A stretch of 64,000 bases of DNA from Paramoeba atlantica (lineage: Eukaryota; Protista; Discosea): the NCBI GenBank assembly GCA_977017575.1, contig CDRNVI010000012.1:496001-560000 (forward strand). Direction: 5' to 3'. The translations under genes and the position numbers were made by a program. Under the pieces are notes generated by a model. That model was not told the DNA's origin. It was given only the letters and a program-made list of their open reading frames with translations, and searched no databases. The stretch's first letter is position 1; each line of letters opens with the position of its first letter. Positions 41,826 through 52,662 of this stretch are shown piece by piece.

Positions 41826-43814
41826 TTATAGAATATCGTCTATAAGCGAGGTTGAATGATACGTCGATTCTTTCGGCTTGGTACTCTCCAGCAACTGTGT
41901 TGGAAAAGAGGCAGAGGGCAGGCCGTCCTGAATTCCCTTATTCGGATCCTCTTTAGAAGGAAAAGGTGGCATTGCTTGTAGAATAAGCGGCAGTGAATTG
42001 TGACGGCAAAGAACAGCGCACTCATGGGCTCTCTGTTGCACCTCCGGACTCGCATCCCCGCGGGCCGCGTAAAAAAAGGTCTCAAGACTATGTCGAAGTT
42101 CGGGATCGGGGAACATGAGGTAAAATTTAAGCAAGCAGCTGAGCACTCGGCTCCGTAAACGAGGTGTCGCGTCGGGGTACACCAAGTACAGTTTTCGAAC
42201 CTGATCCTGAACAGTAAATTTCAGTGGAGTCGATGCCAGTTTTCCATACTCGCCCAGAACAAACGCACAAAGCGAAATCAATGCCTCAGGAGGTGAGCTC
42301 GATGCCTCAATTTGCGACAAGCTTTCCAGAGCCATCTCCACGGCACATTTTCGCATAGTACCCTCACGTGTGAGAACGCGGCAGAAGTGTTCCCACACCT
42401 CCTGGCTGTTGCTTCCTAACGTGTGCACGACGTGAAACACAATGTTCACGTACCAATTCGGATCAGCCCGGTGTTTATCAATAATCGGTAGGATCGCGTG
42501 GATCGCACATTTTTGTAAATCATCGGATGCGCTAGTCTGTGCCACGTCTAACAGCTCCCCGACAATCTCAGGGGCGTTTCCTACATTACACACCGCGGGA
42601 AGTGCCTCCATAGCTCGGCGCAGGACGAAACTGTCAGTGTCCTTTAGCCCAGCTAAAATCGCACTTTGGTACGACGAAAGGGCATGAAACGGATCCCCAG
42701 TTCGACACGCTGCGAAACGGGTTAACAGCCCAAACCCAAGAGTGCGTAGATTCGCATCTTTGATGTGGGACGAACGGAGAAACCGACCCAGAAGCCCCCC
42801 AACGGCTTTGATCAGATCGGGATTGCTGTCCTGGTGAATGACGACTCGAATGGCCTCGATCACTACGCTGTTCATCGCGTTAGCTCGATTTGAGGACCCA
42901 CGTGAGGAACTTTTCCCTGCTCGATTCTCGATAAAAAGTTTGTTTCCGGCCTGGAGAATTCGTGCGAGTAACGCATCAATTTTTCCTTCCATATTCACAT
43001 CCGAACCCGGCGGGAGTTTGGCCAACACACGCAGTGCTCGAACTTGCAGCCAGGGAGCGGGAATACCGAAGTACGTGTAGTCCGGCTCAGACTCTTGTTT
43101 CAGTATAATACGTTCTAGTACAGCATAAATCTCTCTTCGGATGGCAGCAGTAAGCTCACCGTGCTCCGCAGATGAGCTCCCTGAGGTGTAAAGCTCCTCA
43201 AATAATGCAAAGCAGGCGTTCAACACACCATAGCCTCCATTTTCGGGAAGTGGTATCAAACTCTGCGCTACGGGAAGCAGATCTACATGTCGGGGATCGC
43301 GCCGGTGAAACCCAACAAACGTTAGGATCGCTTTTTTCCGCGAACCCGATGACGTATTGATTGAGGTCGCTAGCCGTGCGATGTCATGGGAGAGAGCATC
43401 CAGGAAATCTGGACAGGGGAGATTGGCAGCAGCTGTGAGGGCTACACACTCAAAAGGCTCCTTGCCGGAGTTCAGGTCATTTCGAAGCTGATTCACCAAC
43501 AGAGTGAGCATGTCGTCTTTTTCAGTTAGTAGAAGACTACAGGCGAGGTACCCGACGTACTTGGCATGAGGCTGGGTGCTACAGATCAGACGAATGGCCT
43601 CAATGTGTCCAAACTCAACATCGTACCCCATCATGGAGATGTAAAGCAGTTTACATACACATTTCTTGCGCTCATACTCGGTGAGTTGGGTTCCTTTTTG
43701 GAAGCGGGAGCGAATTTTGGCTAATTCTTGTTCCACGCGGTTTTTCTCTCCCGTCTCGTTTCCGGCCAGTCGCCGGACGTCCGCAATGAATGCTGACAAA
43801 CCACGCATATCCAT
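41826..43814 (-). CDS. AP2A: AP-2 complex alpha adaptin, trunk only (start MDMRGL at 43814; 662 aa)
   Basis: MRGLSAFIADVR...ELAKIRSRF...YERKKCVCKLLYISMMGYDVEFGH.EA; YTYFGIPAPWLQVR; AFVLGEYG; EVQQRAHE; ILQAMPPFP. Confidence 0.92.
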   Translation of the reverse strand: MDMRGLSAFIADVRRLAGNETGEKNRVEQELAKIRSRFQKGTQLTEYERKKCVCKLLYISMMGYDVEFGHIEAIRLICSTQPHAKYVGYLACSLLLTEKDDMLTLLVNQLRNDLNSGKEPFECVALTAAANLPCPDFLDALSHDIARLATSINTSSGSRKKAILTFVGFHRRDPRHVDLLPVAQSLIPLPENGGYGVLNACFALFEELYTSGSSSAEHGELTAAIRREIYAVLERIILKQESEPDYTYFGIPAPWLQVRALRVLAKLPPGSDVNMEGKIDALLARILQAGNKLFIENRAGKSSSRGSSNRANAMNSVVIEAIRVVIHQDSNPDLIKAVGGLLGRFLRSSHIKDANLRTLGFGLLTRFAACRTGDPFHALSSYQSAILAGLKDTDSFVLRRAMEALPAVCNVGNAPEIVGELLDVAQTSASDDLQKCAIHAILPIIDKHRADPNWYVNIVFHVVHTLGSNSQEVWEHFCRVLTREGTMRKCAVEMALESLSQIEASSSPPEALISLCAFVLGEYGKLASTPLKFTVQDQVRKLYLVYPDATPRLRSRVLSCLLKFYLMFPDPELRHSLETFFYAARGDASPEVQQRAHECAVLCRHNSLPLILQAMPPFPSKEDPNKGIQDGLPSASFPTQLLESTKPKESTYHSTSLIDDIL

Positions 43815-44030
43815 TTTATGGCACTGTGTAAGGAGTGAGTAAGTGTAAGAAAAAGACTCTAAATGCAATGTAGAATATTTTAGCAAAGAGAGGATATGTG
43901 GGTAAGAGAGCAATTTTGCTTTCGATAAGATGTACCCTGCCATACATTGGGCATTCAGAACATTCAAGGGGGGTTAAAAACTTGATTCATAAAGGGAAAG
44001 AACAAAAGAAATTTACTTTACTTCAGAAGA

Positions 44031-45176
44031 TTACTCATTATTGCATGTAGATTGATTTACTAATTGGTTGATATGATTCGACAAGGCAAGTAATTCATTG
44101 ATTTCCAGATGAGAGGCACAACTTCGTAACCGTTCAAAATTGCAAACCATTCTCCTGCTGCGCACGTACTTGACGTAGTAAAAATACGTGAAGGCACCCA
44201 TGAGAAGCTGGCAGTCCATCCTATCCGTCATTCCTCCATGTCCTGGGATAAGATCACTAAAATCTTTTAGTTTGAAAGCACGTTTGAAACCACTGGCAAA
44301 AAACCCAGCGGCAGGCGCGATCAAGGACGCAAAAGCTGCTAAACTTAGTGCATGCAGCTGCACGGGGCGAAACGTGAAAACACTTTCGCCTCCCCCACAG
44401 CCAAGGAATAACTTAGCGAAAAAATGAAGCATACGGTGCTCAATTATTATTTTTTGGGGTAGAAAAGTCAGCGGTATGTCGCTATACACAGGGCTACTAA
44501 AATCTTTAGTTTCGCATACGAGGGATGGAAATTGACTTAAAAAGTCAGAAAAGAACCATGCCCAAGCAATTGTGAATAAACAGGCTCCCGCGAAACCTTC
44601 GAGAGTTTTATTCGGAGATAAATGCGACAGTCGAGTTCTTCCGAATAGTTTTCCGCATACATACGCAAAAATATCATTCACAACCACACAGCTACAGGGA
44701 AGGATAAACCAAAACATCCCTTGTAGCATATTCGGTACCACGAGAGAACTCTGTACATTAATAAAGAGCAGAGTGACAGTGACCCAAGTAAGGTGTTCAA
44801 ACTGGGAGCGGATGAGTCCTTTGCGAAGACTCACTACAAACATGAGAAACCCGATCAAGTATGTGACAAAAGTAAGAAAGTGAAAATGCTCATAAAAATG
44901 TATCGCTTCCGGCCACGAGGCTACCAGTTGAGGTCGCAGATTCATTAACGTGAGAGAAACCGACGTGATGAGCAAAAGATAGTCCGGAAGAATGCGAAAC
45001 AGCAGGACTTGGCTTGCGCGTTTCTGACTGTTACTGACGGCGGTAATTTCGTGAAACATGCGCAACTGGATGAGTAGAACGAAAACTATGGTGGGAAGAG
45101 TCCCAAGATACAGGATAACGCCGAAACCTGCCACCATGAATATGGTGAGCAACAGCCTCTTCCAGAATTCGTGCAT
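44031..45176 (-). CDS. CDS1: Phosphatidate cytidylyltransferase (CDP-diacylglycerol synthase)
   Basis: NDIFAYVCGKLFGRT.L..LSPNKTLEGF.G; GFFASGFKRAFKLKDFSDLIPGHGGMTDRMDCQ. Confidence 0.95.
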   Translation of the reverse strand: MHEFWKRLLLTIFMVAGFGVILYLGTLPTIVFVLLIQLRMFHEITAVSNSQKRASQVLLFRILPDYLLLITSVSLTLMNLRPQLVASWPEAIHFYEHFHFLTFVTYLIGFLMFVVSLRKGLIRSQFEHLTWVTVTLLFINVQSSLVVPNMLQGMFWFILPCSCVVVNDIFAYVCGKLFGRTRLSHLSPNKTLEGFAGACLFTIAWAWFFSDFLSQFPSLVCETKDFSSPVYSDIPLTFLPQKIIIEHRMLHFFAKLFLGCGGGESVFTFRPVQLHALSLAAFASLIAPAAGFFASGFKRAFKLKDFSDLIPGHGGMTDRMDCQLLMGAFTYFYYVKYVRSRRMVCNFERLRSCASHLEINELLALSNHINQLVNQSTCNNE

Positions 45177-45698
45177 GGAAACAAACTGTTGGGCGAAACG
45201 TAATCAACGGCTCCTGTGACAAACAACGCGATAGATATAGAAGAGTATAGAATAGGAAATTTACTAAGCCATGATCCTCATTCGACTAATAACGCTAATA
45301 CAAAACACAGAAATGTAGAAGAGTGTCGAATACTTCGTTAAATTGACGTCCAATATCCCTTGATTTTGAATATTTGCGGGACATTTACTAAGTACGGGGA
45401 ACGGCACCAAGCGTTCTCACAACGAAACAGTTTCTTATTTCTGTGTCTTATCTATGATGTCTCACGCTCCAGCGCTTTGCTAGTACGTATGGCAAACAAC
45501 TCTGGTCCCCAGTTTGACTCATTGCAGATGCTTTAAAGGAATGCTTTTGAGGGTTACCTTTTGCTAGTAACCTTTTGAGTAAGAAATCATGGAATCAACT
45601 ACTCCGTTGTTTGTCCGCCTTGTTGATCATGGTGAGAAGCTGCTTTTATTCGGTTTGGTCTCGTACTTCATCGTTTTACAGCAGGTAGTGTTGAAAAC

Positions 45699-47966
45699 TC
45701 AGAGTGGTTCAGGTGACGATTCGCGTTCCATGTCCTCGATTTCCGCAGTGCCGACATCGGATACTAAAAGCGGATGCGAAGTCTCTTCTTCTCCACCGTT
45801 GCCCGAAGGTGGGGTTCCATCCGATTCCGGTTTGTGCATAAACTCTACAAGATCATTCTTCGTAACTATACCGAGTAGAGCGCCGTTCTTGGTTATCAAC
45901 ACATGATGTACTCCAAGTGAGACAAAAAGTTGCAACAAACGCGAAACTGAATTCTGATAGTGCAACACAAGAGGGGAGTAGTCCATAAACTGTGCCAAAT
46001 TCAACACCCCCGCCTCACTCGAATGCGTCAATCCCTCCTCACCTTCCTTAAAATTCACCACATGCGAAGAAACATCTCCCTCTGCACCCTTTCCAGCATT
46101 CTGCAATTCCCTCCACAAGTCTCTTCGCGTGATATACCCCAAAAGCTGCCCCGTTGCCAAAACCACCGGATACCCCCGATAGTCACACCTCTGCACCACC
46201 CCCCGCAGCTCCCCCACCGTCACCCCCCCCGCCCGCACCACACACATCTCCCGGCTCAACAACCCCATCTGCCCCACGGTGGTGGGGCCCTCCACACTCG
46301 CGCCGGGGGGGAGAAACGGGTACCGCATCGCCGCGAACTGCTCCTCGTAGATCGACCCCACCCCGAGCCAGGCCCCGAACGCCTTGGCGGCCATAATCGC
46401 CACCGCGCACGGCACCAGGTACTCAAGCCCCCCGGTCATCTCGAACGCCACCACCACCAGGCTCACTGTCATCCGGGACACCCCCGCGAGCACGGCCAGG
46501 GACCCCACGAGCGCGTAGATCCCGGGGTGCACACACGCGACGCCGTGCTGGCAGGCTGCCGGGAGCACGGACTGCGGGAGGAGCGCGACCTGGGCTTTTC
46601 GTAGCGCGATCCCCAGCGCTCTCCCCATCGCGCCCCCGATGAAGAGGGAGGGGACGAAGACCCCCGCGGGGAGGGGGGCGCCGTAGGTGAGGGCGGTGAG
46701 CAGGGTGGCGACGAGAGCGGTGAAGAGGAGTTGGAACAGCACGGCGCCCTCGTGGGGGTCGCAGAGGCCGTGGAGGTGGTGCCGGGAGCAGCCGTGGTAG
46801 GTCGCGGAGAGGAACTCGAGGGGGTTGCCCGTCATAAAGGGGTTGGAGAAGTTAAAGAGGGCGGTGAGGAGGGTGAGGAGGGCGACCTCGGTGGTGGGGT
46901 AGCGCCGGAGGGGGGTGGAGTGGCGGAAGGAGGTCCAGCGGAGGTTGAGGTAGGTGAGGGCGCTGCCGAGGGCACCCCCGAGGAGACCGAGGAGGAGGAA
47001 ACCGGAGAGTTCGAACCAGTACCAGGCGTGGCGGTAGTCGACTTGGAACATGGTAAGCTTGCCGGTGTGGGTGGGGTCGATGCGTTGGAGGAGGATGGCG
47101 GCGGTGACACAGCAGATCAGGGCTTGGTGGAGAAGGCGGTGGGTGAAGAAATAGGAAATCTCCTCGATGCTGAAAATCACCCCACCGATGGGAGCTCCGA
47201 AGGCTACACTGATGCCAGCACCCGCGGAGGCCGCAATGAGGTCACGGTATTTCGTCTCACTGTCGCGTACGGCGGGGAACAGTCGTGAGGTGACGTGACC
47301 CAAACAGCTGGCAATGTGAACAAAGGGACCTTCCTTGCCAATGCGCAGGCCGCTGCCTACGGAGAGGCAGAGCCCCAGAACCTTAACGATCAGTGTACGC
47401 AACGATAACAGGTGTTTAATGTTGGTCCCGGAGACGATCATTTTGAGTTCTAAAATACCCCCGCCTGCGGCAAAAGGGGCGTACCATTGGACTAAAACAG
47501 AGCTCGACACGGCCATGACGACAGAGAGTAAGACGTAGATAAAACCTCGGAGTGCAAAATCTGAGGCGTGGTTGTGGTCCAACAGCGAGCCTTTTCCCCA
47601 TGTTGCCCATTCCGTACATTTCGCGACGTGCTGACCGACATATCCCATACAGCACTCATTTCTGGGGAGCCAAAAGAAATCTTGGCAAACACCGGTTTTC
47701 AGATCACCCAGCCAGCGACTCGTCACGTCCACGAAGGAAGCAACAACTCCGCACAAAACACCTGTTAGGATCAAGGTGAGCAAAAGTTGTGCGTGGTGTC
47801 CTGAAAGACCCCAAGGCAATCTTTTACTGGAACTACGGTCAGATGCAACGTGTCTTGTGCCCTCTAGTTCCCGGTGATGAACCCAATCCAAGTGGGTCCA
47901 GTTCTGCGGCATCCGTCCAGGGGTCCGCAGTATCCATGTTTTCAACGCATCGAGACTAAATACCAT
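45699..47966 (-). CDS. ClC-family chloride channel/antiporter with two CBS domains
   Basis: GGGILE (GSGIPE position), GKEGP, FGAPIGGVIFSIEE, GVFVP, SRMTVSLVVVAFEMTG, GYPV and CBS pair. Confidence 0.95.
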   Translation of the reverse strand: MVFSLDALKTWILRTPGRMPQNWTHLDWVHHRELEGTRHVASDRSSSKRLPWGLSGHHAQLLLTLILTGVLCGVVASFVDVTSRWLGDLKTGVCQDFFWLPRNECCMGYVGQHVAKCTEWATWGKGSLLDHNHASDFALRGFIYVLLSVVMAVSSSVLVQWYAPFAAGGGILELKMIVSGTNIKHLLSLRTLIVKVLGLCLSVGSGLRIGKEGPFVHIASCLGHVTSRLFPAVRDSETKYRDLIAASAGAGISVAFGAPIGGVIFSIEEISYFFTHRLLHQALICCVTAAILLQRIDPTHTGKLTMFQVDYRHAWYWFELSGFLLLGLLGGALGSALTYLNLRWTSFRHSTPLRRYPTTEVALLTLLTALFNFSNPFMTGNPLEFLSATYHGCSRHHLHGLCDPHEGAVLFQLLFTALVATLLTALTYGAPLPAGVFVPSLFIGGAMGRALGIALRKAQVALLPQSVLPAACQHGVACVHPGIYALVGSLAVLAGVSRMTVSLVVVAFEMTGGLEYLVPCAVAIMAAKAFGAWLGVGSIYEEQFAAMRYPFLPPGASVEGPTTVGQMGLLSREMCVVRAGGVTVGELRGVVQRCDYRGYPVVLATGQLLGYITRRDLWRELQNAGKGAEGDVSSHVVNFKEGEEGLTHSSEAGVLNLAQFMDYSPLVLHYQNSVSRLLQLFVSLGVHHVLITKNGALLGIVTKNDLVEFMHKPESDGTPPSGNGGEEETSHPLLVSDVGTAEIEDMERESSPEPL

Positions 47967-48546
47967 GGAGTGTCAAGGACGCAATAAGTAGCAAGGATGT
48001 AATAGATGGATACAACCGACAAAAGAAGCGACGCGATTCAGAAACGGTAGGTGTGCTCCGATTAAAATTTTAGAACATCTCACTCAATGCGCAATATCCT
48101 GGAGAATGAGCAAGTGCATCGTTGAAGCGCATAGGACGTCCCCGGCGTACAGAAAATGCAGAGAAGATCGTGTCATACGTTTTAAGTTTAATATTTGAAA
48201 AAATGATTGGAGCTTTGGTCTGCAGACTCTATTAGACTCTGACAATAGTTAAAAAGCGAAAAACTAATATGCTACAAAGAAATGTACTTCTCGACAGGTC
48301 ATCCTCATTTTCCCTCTCTTTGTCTTTATTGTACTATCCCGTTCTCTGAGGAAAATTGCTTTTTGAAAATTGTTGGAAAATGAAGGATGATAGAAAGAGT
48401 GGTTAAATATTTTCTGTCTTTTACGAAAAAAATGAATTTTTAGTTTTCAGTATGTTCTGAAATTTTGATAGCCCCGTGACTTTGTTCATCAAGAAATTTC
48501 AGAAAGCAATCAGAAAAATGTGCAAAGTCAGGGGGTACATACAGTA

Positions 48547-48753
48547 TGCAAAAAAACTGTTCACATGTTTGACACTTTTTTGTTGGTGGTGTTTCCCTGT
48601 GGCCAGGTGTCGTGTGCATTGAAGTAGTATATCAGAGTAGTGTACGCGTGGGTACTAGGTATATGTTGCCATAGAGCTTCCGACTCAATCGGCTTTGTAA
48701 CAAAAGTGTGATCGTATGCAAGTAAAGAAAAACATGTGAACAGTTTTTTTGCA
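48547..48753. repeat. Perfect 24-bp inverted repeat pair, 159-bp spacer (MITE-like)
   Basis: tgcaaaaaaactgttcacatgttt (48547..48570) and aaacatgtgaacagtttttttgca (48730..48753). Confidence 0.7.
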
Positions 48754-49733
48754 ATTTCGAGTTAAGATTTTTTAGGCGAAAAACACAATTTACTGATGCA
48801 TAAAAACGGAGTATGTACCTTCAAATGAATACTAGCGGAACTCTTTCTTGTGCCTTGATTGATGTCTATATGCGCCTACGCATGTAGTCGACCAAGGAAT
48901 GGCTTAACCTTGTGATATGCTTGCTCATTTCTATTTGACATGACTTTAGAGCTCCAGAACACCTGTGAATCGAGTTGCGCGACTTGCAATTGTTCTTTTT
49001 GGATGTTCTCTGTATGTGTTCTGGGGCTCCGAGGTGCGCCGAATGGGCTGTACATTCTAAAATCGTGTAAATCTCATTAACAGAGAAGATCTTCGTCAAC
49101 TTGCGACGCGAACTCTCCTCCCCCGTTCATCTCTGGCGAATTCAGATCCCCATGTAATCCACTCATTTTGAGCGGCTAAGGGCATGTGTGGCATTATTCT
49201 TCATTATTAGCGTATGCAAAATCAACGAACAGTTCAGTATTCGTGGTCCTTTGAAGCAGTACAATCTTACTAGTACCGTTGAGTGATATGCAGCACTATC
49301 AGGCCACCACACTCAATGGTACCTTGGGCAGTACACTCATCAAGACCTTTCGTTAGGAAAGGTTCGAATTCGTTAAGAATTCACGGCAAAGCCCCAAGTC
49401 AACCTTAAAAAATGTAAGTAGAAACTTGTAAAAAGTATGAACTTGTAAAAGTGTGAACTTTTAAAAACGTAAGCATGAACTGAAAAAGGACTTTGATATA
49501 TGAAAAAATACGATACTGATTTGATTTCAACCTTTTTAATGAGATATTACATCCCAGACGCGGGGTGGACATTATGCTGAGAAAATTCTGGTGAACTTAA
49601 ACATAAGCACGTCAAATCTATGTGTGTAATTGTACATGCCTGATAACTCCTCGTTACCTTCCAAGTTCAGTATACGTACGGACGACGGAAGCGTAGAAAA
49701 TCCAAACGTGCCTGAAAATCTGTTCCATTCCAG

Positions 49734-50267
49734 TTGTTTTTTCATGCACTTATAGTGCAGAGATTTGCCTCACTACATGTCCTTACCCGCATACGACGGG
49801 TGGATCACGTGAGGATTTGCCCTCGCTGGAGGAGAATGGGTGCAGAGAGCTGACGTCCCAGGTGCAGAGAGCTCGGTTGTCATGTGCAGGTGCAGAGAGC
49901 CGGTTGCGTAATCCCCATATTACAGTTTCTGGGGCAATCCGGGTGCAGAGAGCTGCGACAGAGCCGAGGTGCGGAGAGCTGGGTGATCGCCAGGTGCGGA
50001 GAGCCGGAAGTCGTAGCGAAGAACACGTCTAGTGGTCCTCAAGGGAGGCCCCCGTGACGCATTGCCTCCTCGGAAAGGTAGGCACGAGAAAGAGAAGCCG
50101 AGAGAGGGAAGCACACTCACTCCAGGAGAGTGAGTCGGGGAGGGGTGAAGGGTGAAAGGCGCGTCCCCTGCTTCAACAAAAAGAGAGACAGTCCCGACCT
50201 TAGTGTCGGCCGGCAACGGGCATATAATGTAAGACTATGCCCGTTGCCGGGGAAAGAAAGGATGAAC
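49734..50267. mobile_element. ~535-bp GC-rich dispersed element (copy 2)
   Basis: Colinear with 22684..23218; perfect 15-bp stem at 50210..50250; abuts the broken 3' end of an LRR gene. Confidence 0.85.
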
Positions 50268-50708
50268 AAGCAAAGGATGATGCAGATTTTCCAGCGACCG
50301 TGGAAGCAACGCAGTCTCCAACTCACCGCGCAGCTCGTTCTTGGAAAGGTCCAACTTTATTAGTCCCTGAGGAAGACTCTCCAATTGAAGTTCCCAGGTC
50401 AGATAGTTACACTGAGTACGATGCCCTCCGCAGTCAAAAATAATCAAAGAAGCAGGGATATTTTCCCAATGCATCGGGCCGTGCAGCTCAAGAGCGTTCC
50501 ATTGAATCGCAGTCACTTCGCCGGATGGGTCTAAATGTACACCAGGCCATTCGCTGGCTGGGATTTCGTCCCTCCATTGAATCGGAGTTTTTAGCAGATC
50601 TTTTACCATACGAAATAAGTAAAACTCTGGAGGTAGCGTTGCGCGTGAGACTTTCCCACAGAGTGAAGTTCGTGGTTCGTCCTCAGCGCAAGAGTACAGC
50701 AGAATCAT
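50235..50708 (-). pseudogene. Truncated LRR protein of the Perkinsela-type family
   Basis: ASEWPGVHLDPSGEVTAIQW...LHGPMHWENIP...SLPQGLIKLDLSKNELRGELETALLPRSLENL, after which the ORF reads into the 535-bp element. Confidence 0.75.
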
Positions 50709-51377
50709 AAAAAAATCTATGCGTTAATGAACGTGGTGATGGGAATAAAAATGTAACCGTTTATACGACGAGGTGGAACTCAAGCTGAGTCTAAAACAAA
50801 TGTCAAAATACAAAATTCGGAAAAGGCTTACCAGCAATCGTATTACTTTCATCGAAGTAGGCTTTCTACAATAAAAATACTGCACAACATAGGATCTAAT
50901 TCCTAAACACAGTGGAGCGCTTCGCAACTATTTCCCATTTTATGACTATACGTTTTCCCCTTTTATGACTATATGTTTTAAAAATTACGTAACTGAGCTG
51001 GAAAGAAGCAAACAAATGAAAAGGGTTCACGATGTTAGCGCGTCGATCAAAATACTTCAGATTTGCTAGAAGAAAAATGGGGGAAACGACTTTTTCAAAT
51101 TCTTCGCTTGTGTAAATATGAAATGAGAAACTGCATCAACGTAAAATGTGGCAACAAAATGTAATTTATGTTACAATAAGGGATCAACATTTTCTTCATC
51201 CAAGGGGCAAATAGCCGATATTTAATCAAAACAATGCAAAACGCCAACATGACGAGCCAAACGGGGCAACTTCTGATCTCGTATAACATTACCTACTACC
51301 TTGTAGTTTAACTAACATACCCAACTTACCTGAACTCATCTTTATAAAGAATAAAACTTCTATTTTTGTATCACGCC

Positions 51378-52607
51378 TCACAGTTGACTTTTATGAACCT
51401 TCGGCACGTCATCCGGGAACTCCTCCTCAAGCGGCAGCGTCATCGCATAGGTCACCAAATCCTGCGCACTCATCTTCCCCTCCAGCAACTGCGCCACCGC
51501 GGACAAAATCGGAACCCGAATCCCCAACCTCTCCGCCAACCTCTTTGTCGCCTTCGCCGTCGGCAACCCCTCCACCACCCCCCCTGCCCCCTCCAACGCC
51601 TTCTCCACCCCCACCCCGGTCGCCAGCAGCTGCCCGAACTTCGCATTCCGACTCAACCCCCCATAGCAGGTCAGCATCAAATCCCCCATCCCCGCGAGCC
51701 CCCCCATGGTCTGCGAGCGCCCCCCGAGCCCCACCACGAGCCTGCGGAGGTCCGCCCAGCCGCGGGTGAGCAGCCCGTTGGTGGTGTTCGGCCCCAGCCC
51801 CAGGGCCACCGCCATGCCGCACAGAATGCTCAGCACGTTCTTCAGTGCGGAGCACGCCTCCACGCCGCGCACGTCCGTGCTGGTGTAGACCCGGAACACG
51901 TCGGAGGAGAGGGCGCGCTGGATGAACCGGGCGGTCGGGGGGCTCGCCGAGGCGACGGTCACCCACGTCGGCCGGGCCTCCATGACCCCGCGCGCGAAGC
52001 TGGGCCCCGCGAGGAAGGCGGTGGGGTGGTGGGGCCCGAGCTCCGCGGAGAGGATGTCCTCGATGAAGTGGAGCGTGTCGACGGCAATGCCTTTGCTTAC
52101 GGAGAGGACAGGGACGGAGGGGGGGAGGTCGGGTTTGAGCGCCCGGAGGTAGGCACGGGAGAATTGGACCGGGATGGCGTGGATAAGGAGAGTGGAGCCG
52201 GGGATGGCCTCGGTGGGGGAGGTGGTGGCGGTGACGGTGGGGGGGAGGGGGGATTCGGGAAAACAGAGCGTGTTGCGGTGATGGGTGTTGATGTGGGTGA
52301 CGTGTTTGGTTTCACTCTCCCGCATGAGAATTTTTACGTGATGGCCGCTTCGTCCTAGGGTACATGCCATGGCAGTACCAAACGCTCCACCCCCCATCAC
52401 GCACACACGCATGATTTGTGTAGGATGGCGTAAAGGTCGGGAGGCGAGGTCCTTATGAATGAGCGCCATTTCCGCGTGTGTTACGAAACGTGGAGAGGCG
52501 CAGTGCTGTTGTGCCAGATCCCTCGCAATCACAGCACACAATTCGGGTGTGACGGAAATAGTGTCCCCGGCAAAGTGGTTCTGCACAGCAATCAAAACTT
52601 GGTCCAT
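51378..52607 (-). CDS. gpsA: NAD-dependent glycerol-3-phosphate dehydrogenase (GpsA type) with PTS1-like SQL; likely start MDQVL at 52607
   Basis: VCVMGGGAFGTAMA, VSKGI, LAGPSFA, SALKNV, GMGDLMLTC...SRNAKFG, VVEG; ends KSQL*. Confidence 0.93.
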   Translation of the reverse strand: MDQVLIAVQNHFAGDTISVTPELCAVIARDLAQQHCASPRFVTHAEMALIHKDLASRPLRHPTQIMRVCVMGGGAFGTAMACTLGRSGHHVKILMRESETKHVTHINTHHRNTLCFPESPLPPTVTATTSPTEAIPGSTLLIHAIPVQFSRAYLRALKPDLPPSVPVLSVSKGIAVDTLHFIEDILSAELGPHHPTAFLAGPSFARGVMEARPTWVTVASASPPTARFIQRALSSDVFRVYTSTDVRGVEACSALKNVLSILCGMAVALGLGPNTTNGLLTRGWADLRRLVVGLGGRSQTMGGLAGMGDLMLTCYGGLSRNAKFGQLLATGVGVEKALEGAGGVVEGLPTAKATKRLAERLGIRVPILSAVAQLLEGKMSAQDLVTYAMTLPLEEEFPDDVPKVHKSQL

Positions 52608-52662
52608 TTTCCTCGGAAAAAAGGCAGTAAAAAGTAGTACATACGGTAGTAAGGTATACGTA

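Noticed and set aside
43815-43967. ORF-track N-terminal extensions of AP2A, G3PDH (52608..52781), RPS11 (20302..20346) and the 2368 ORF
   Set aside because: They read through AT- or pyrimidine-rich leaders or a MITE; family similarity or coding-like composition begins at downstream ATGs.
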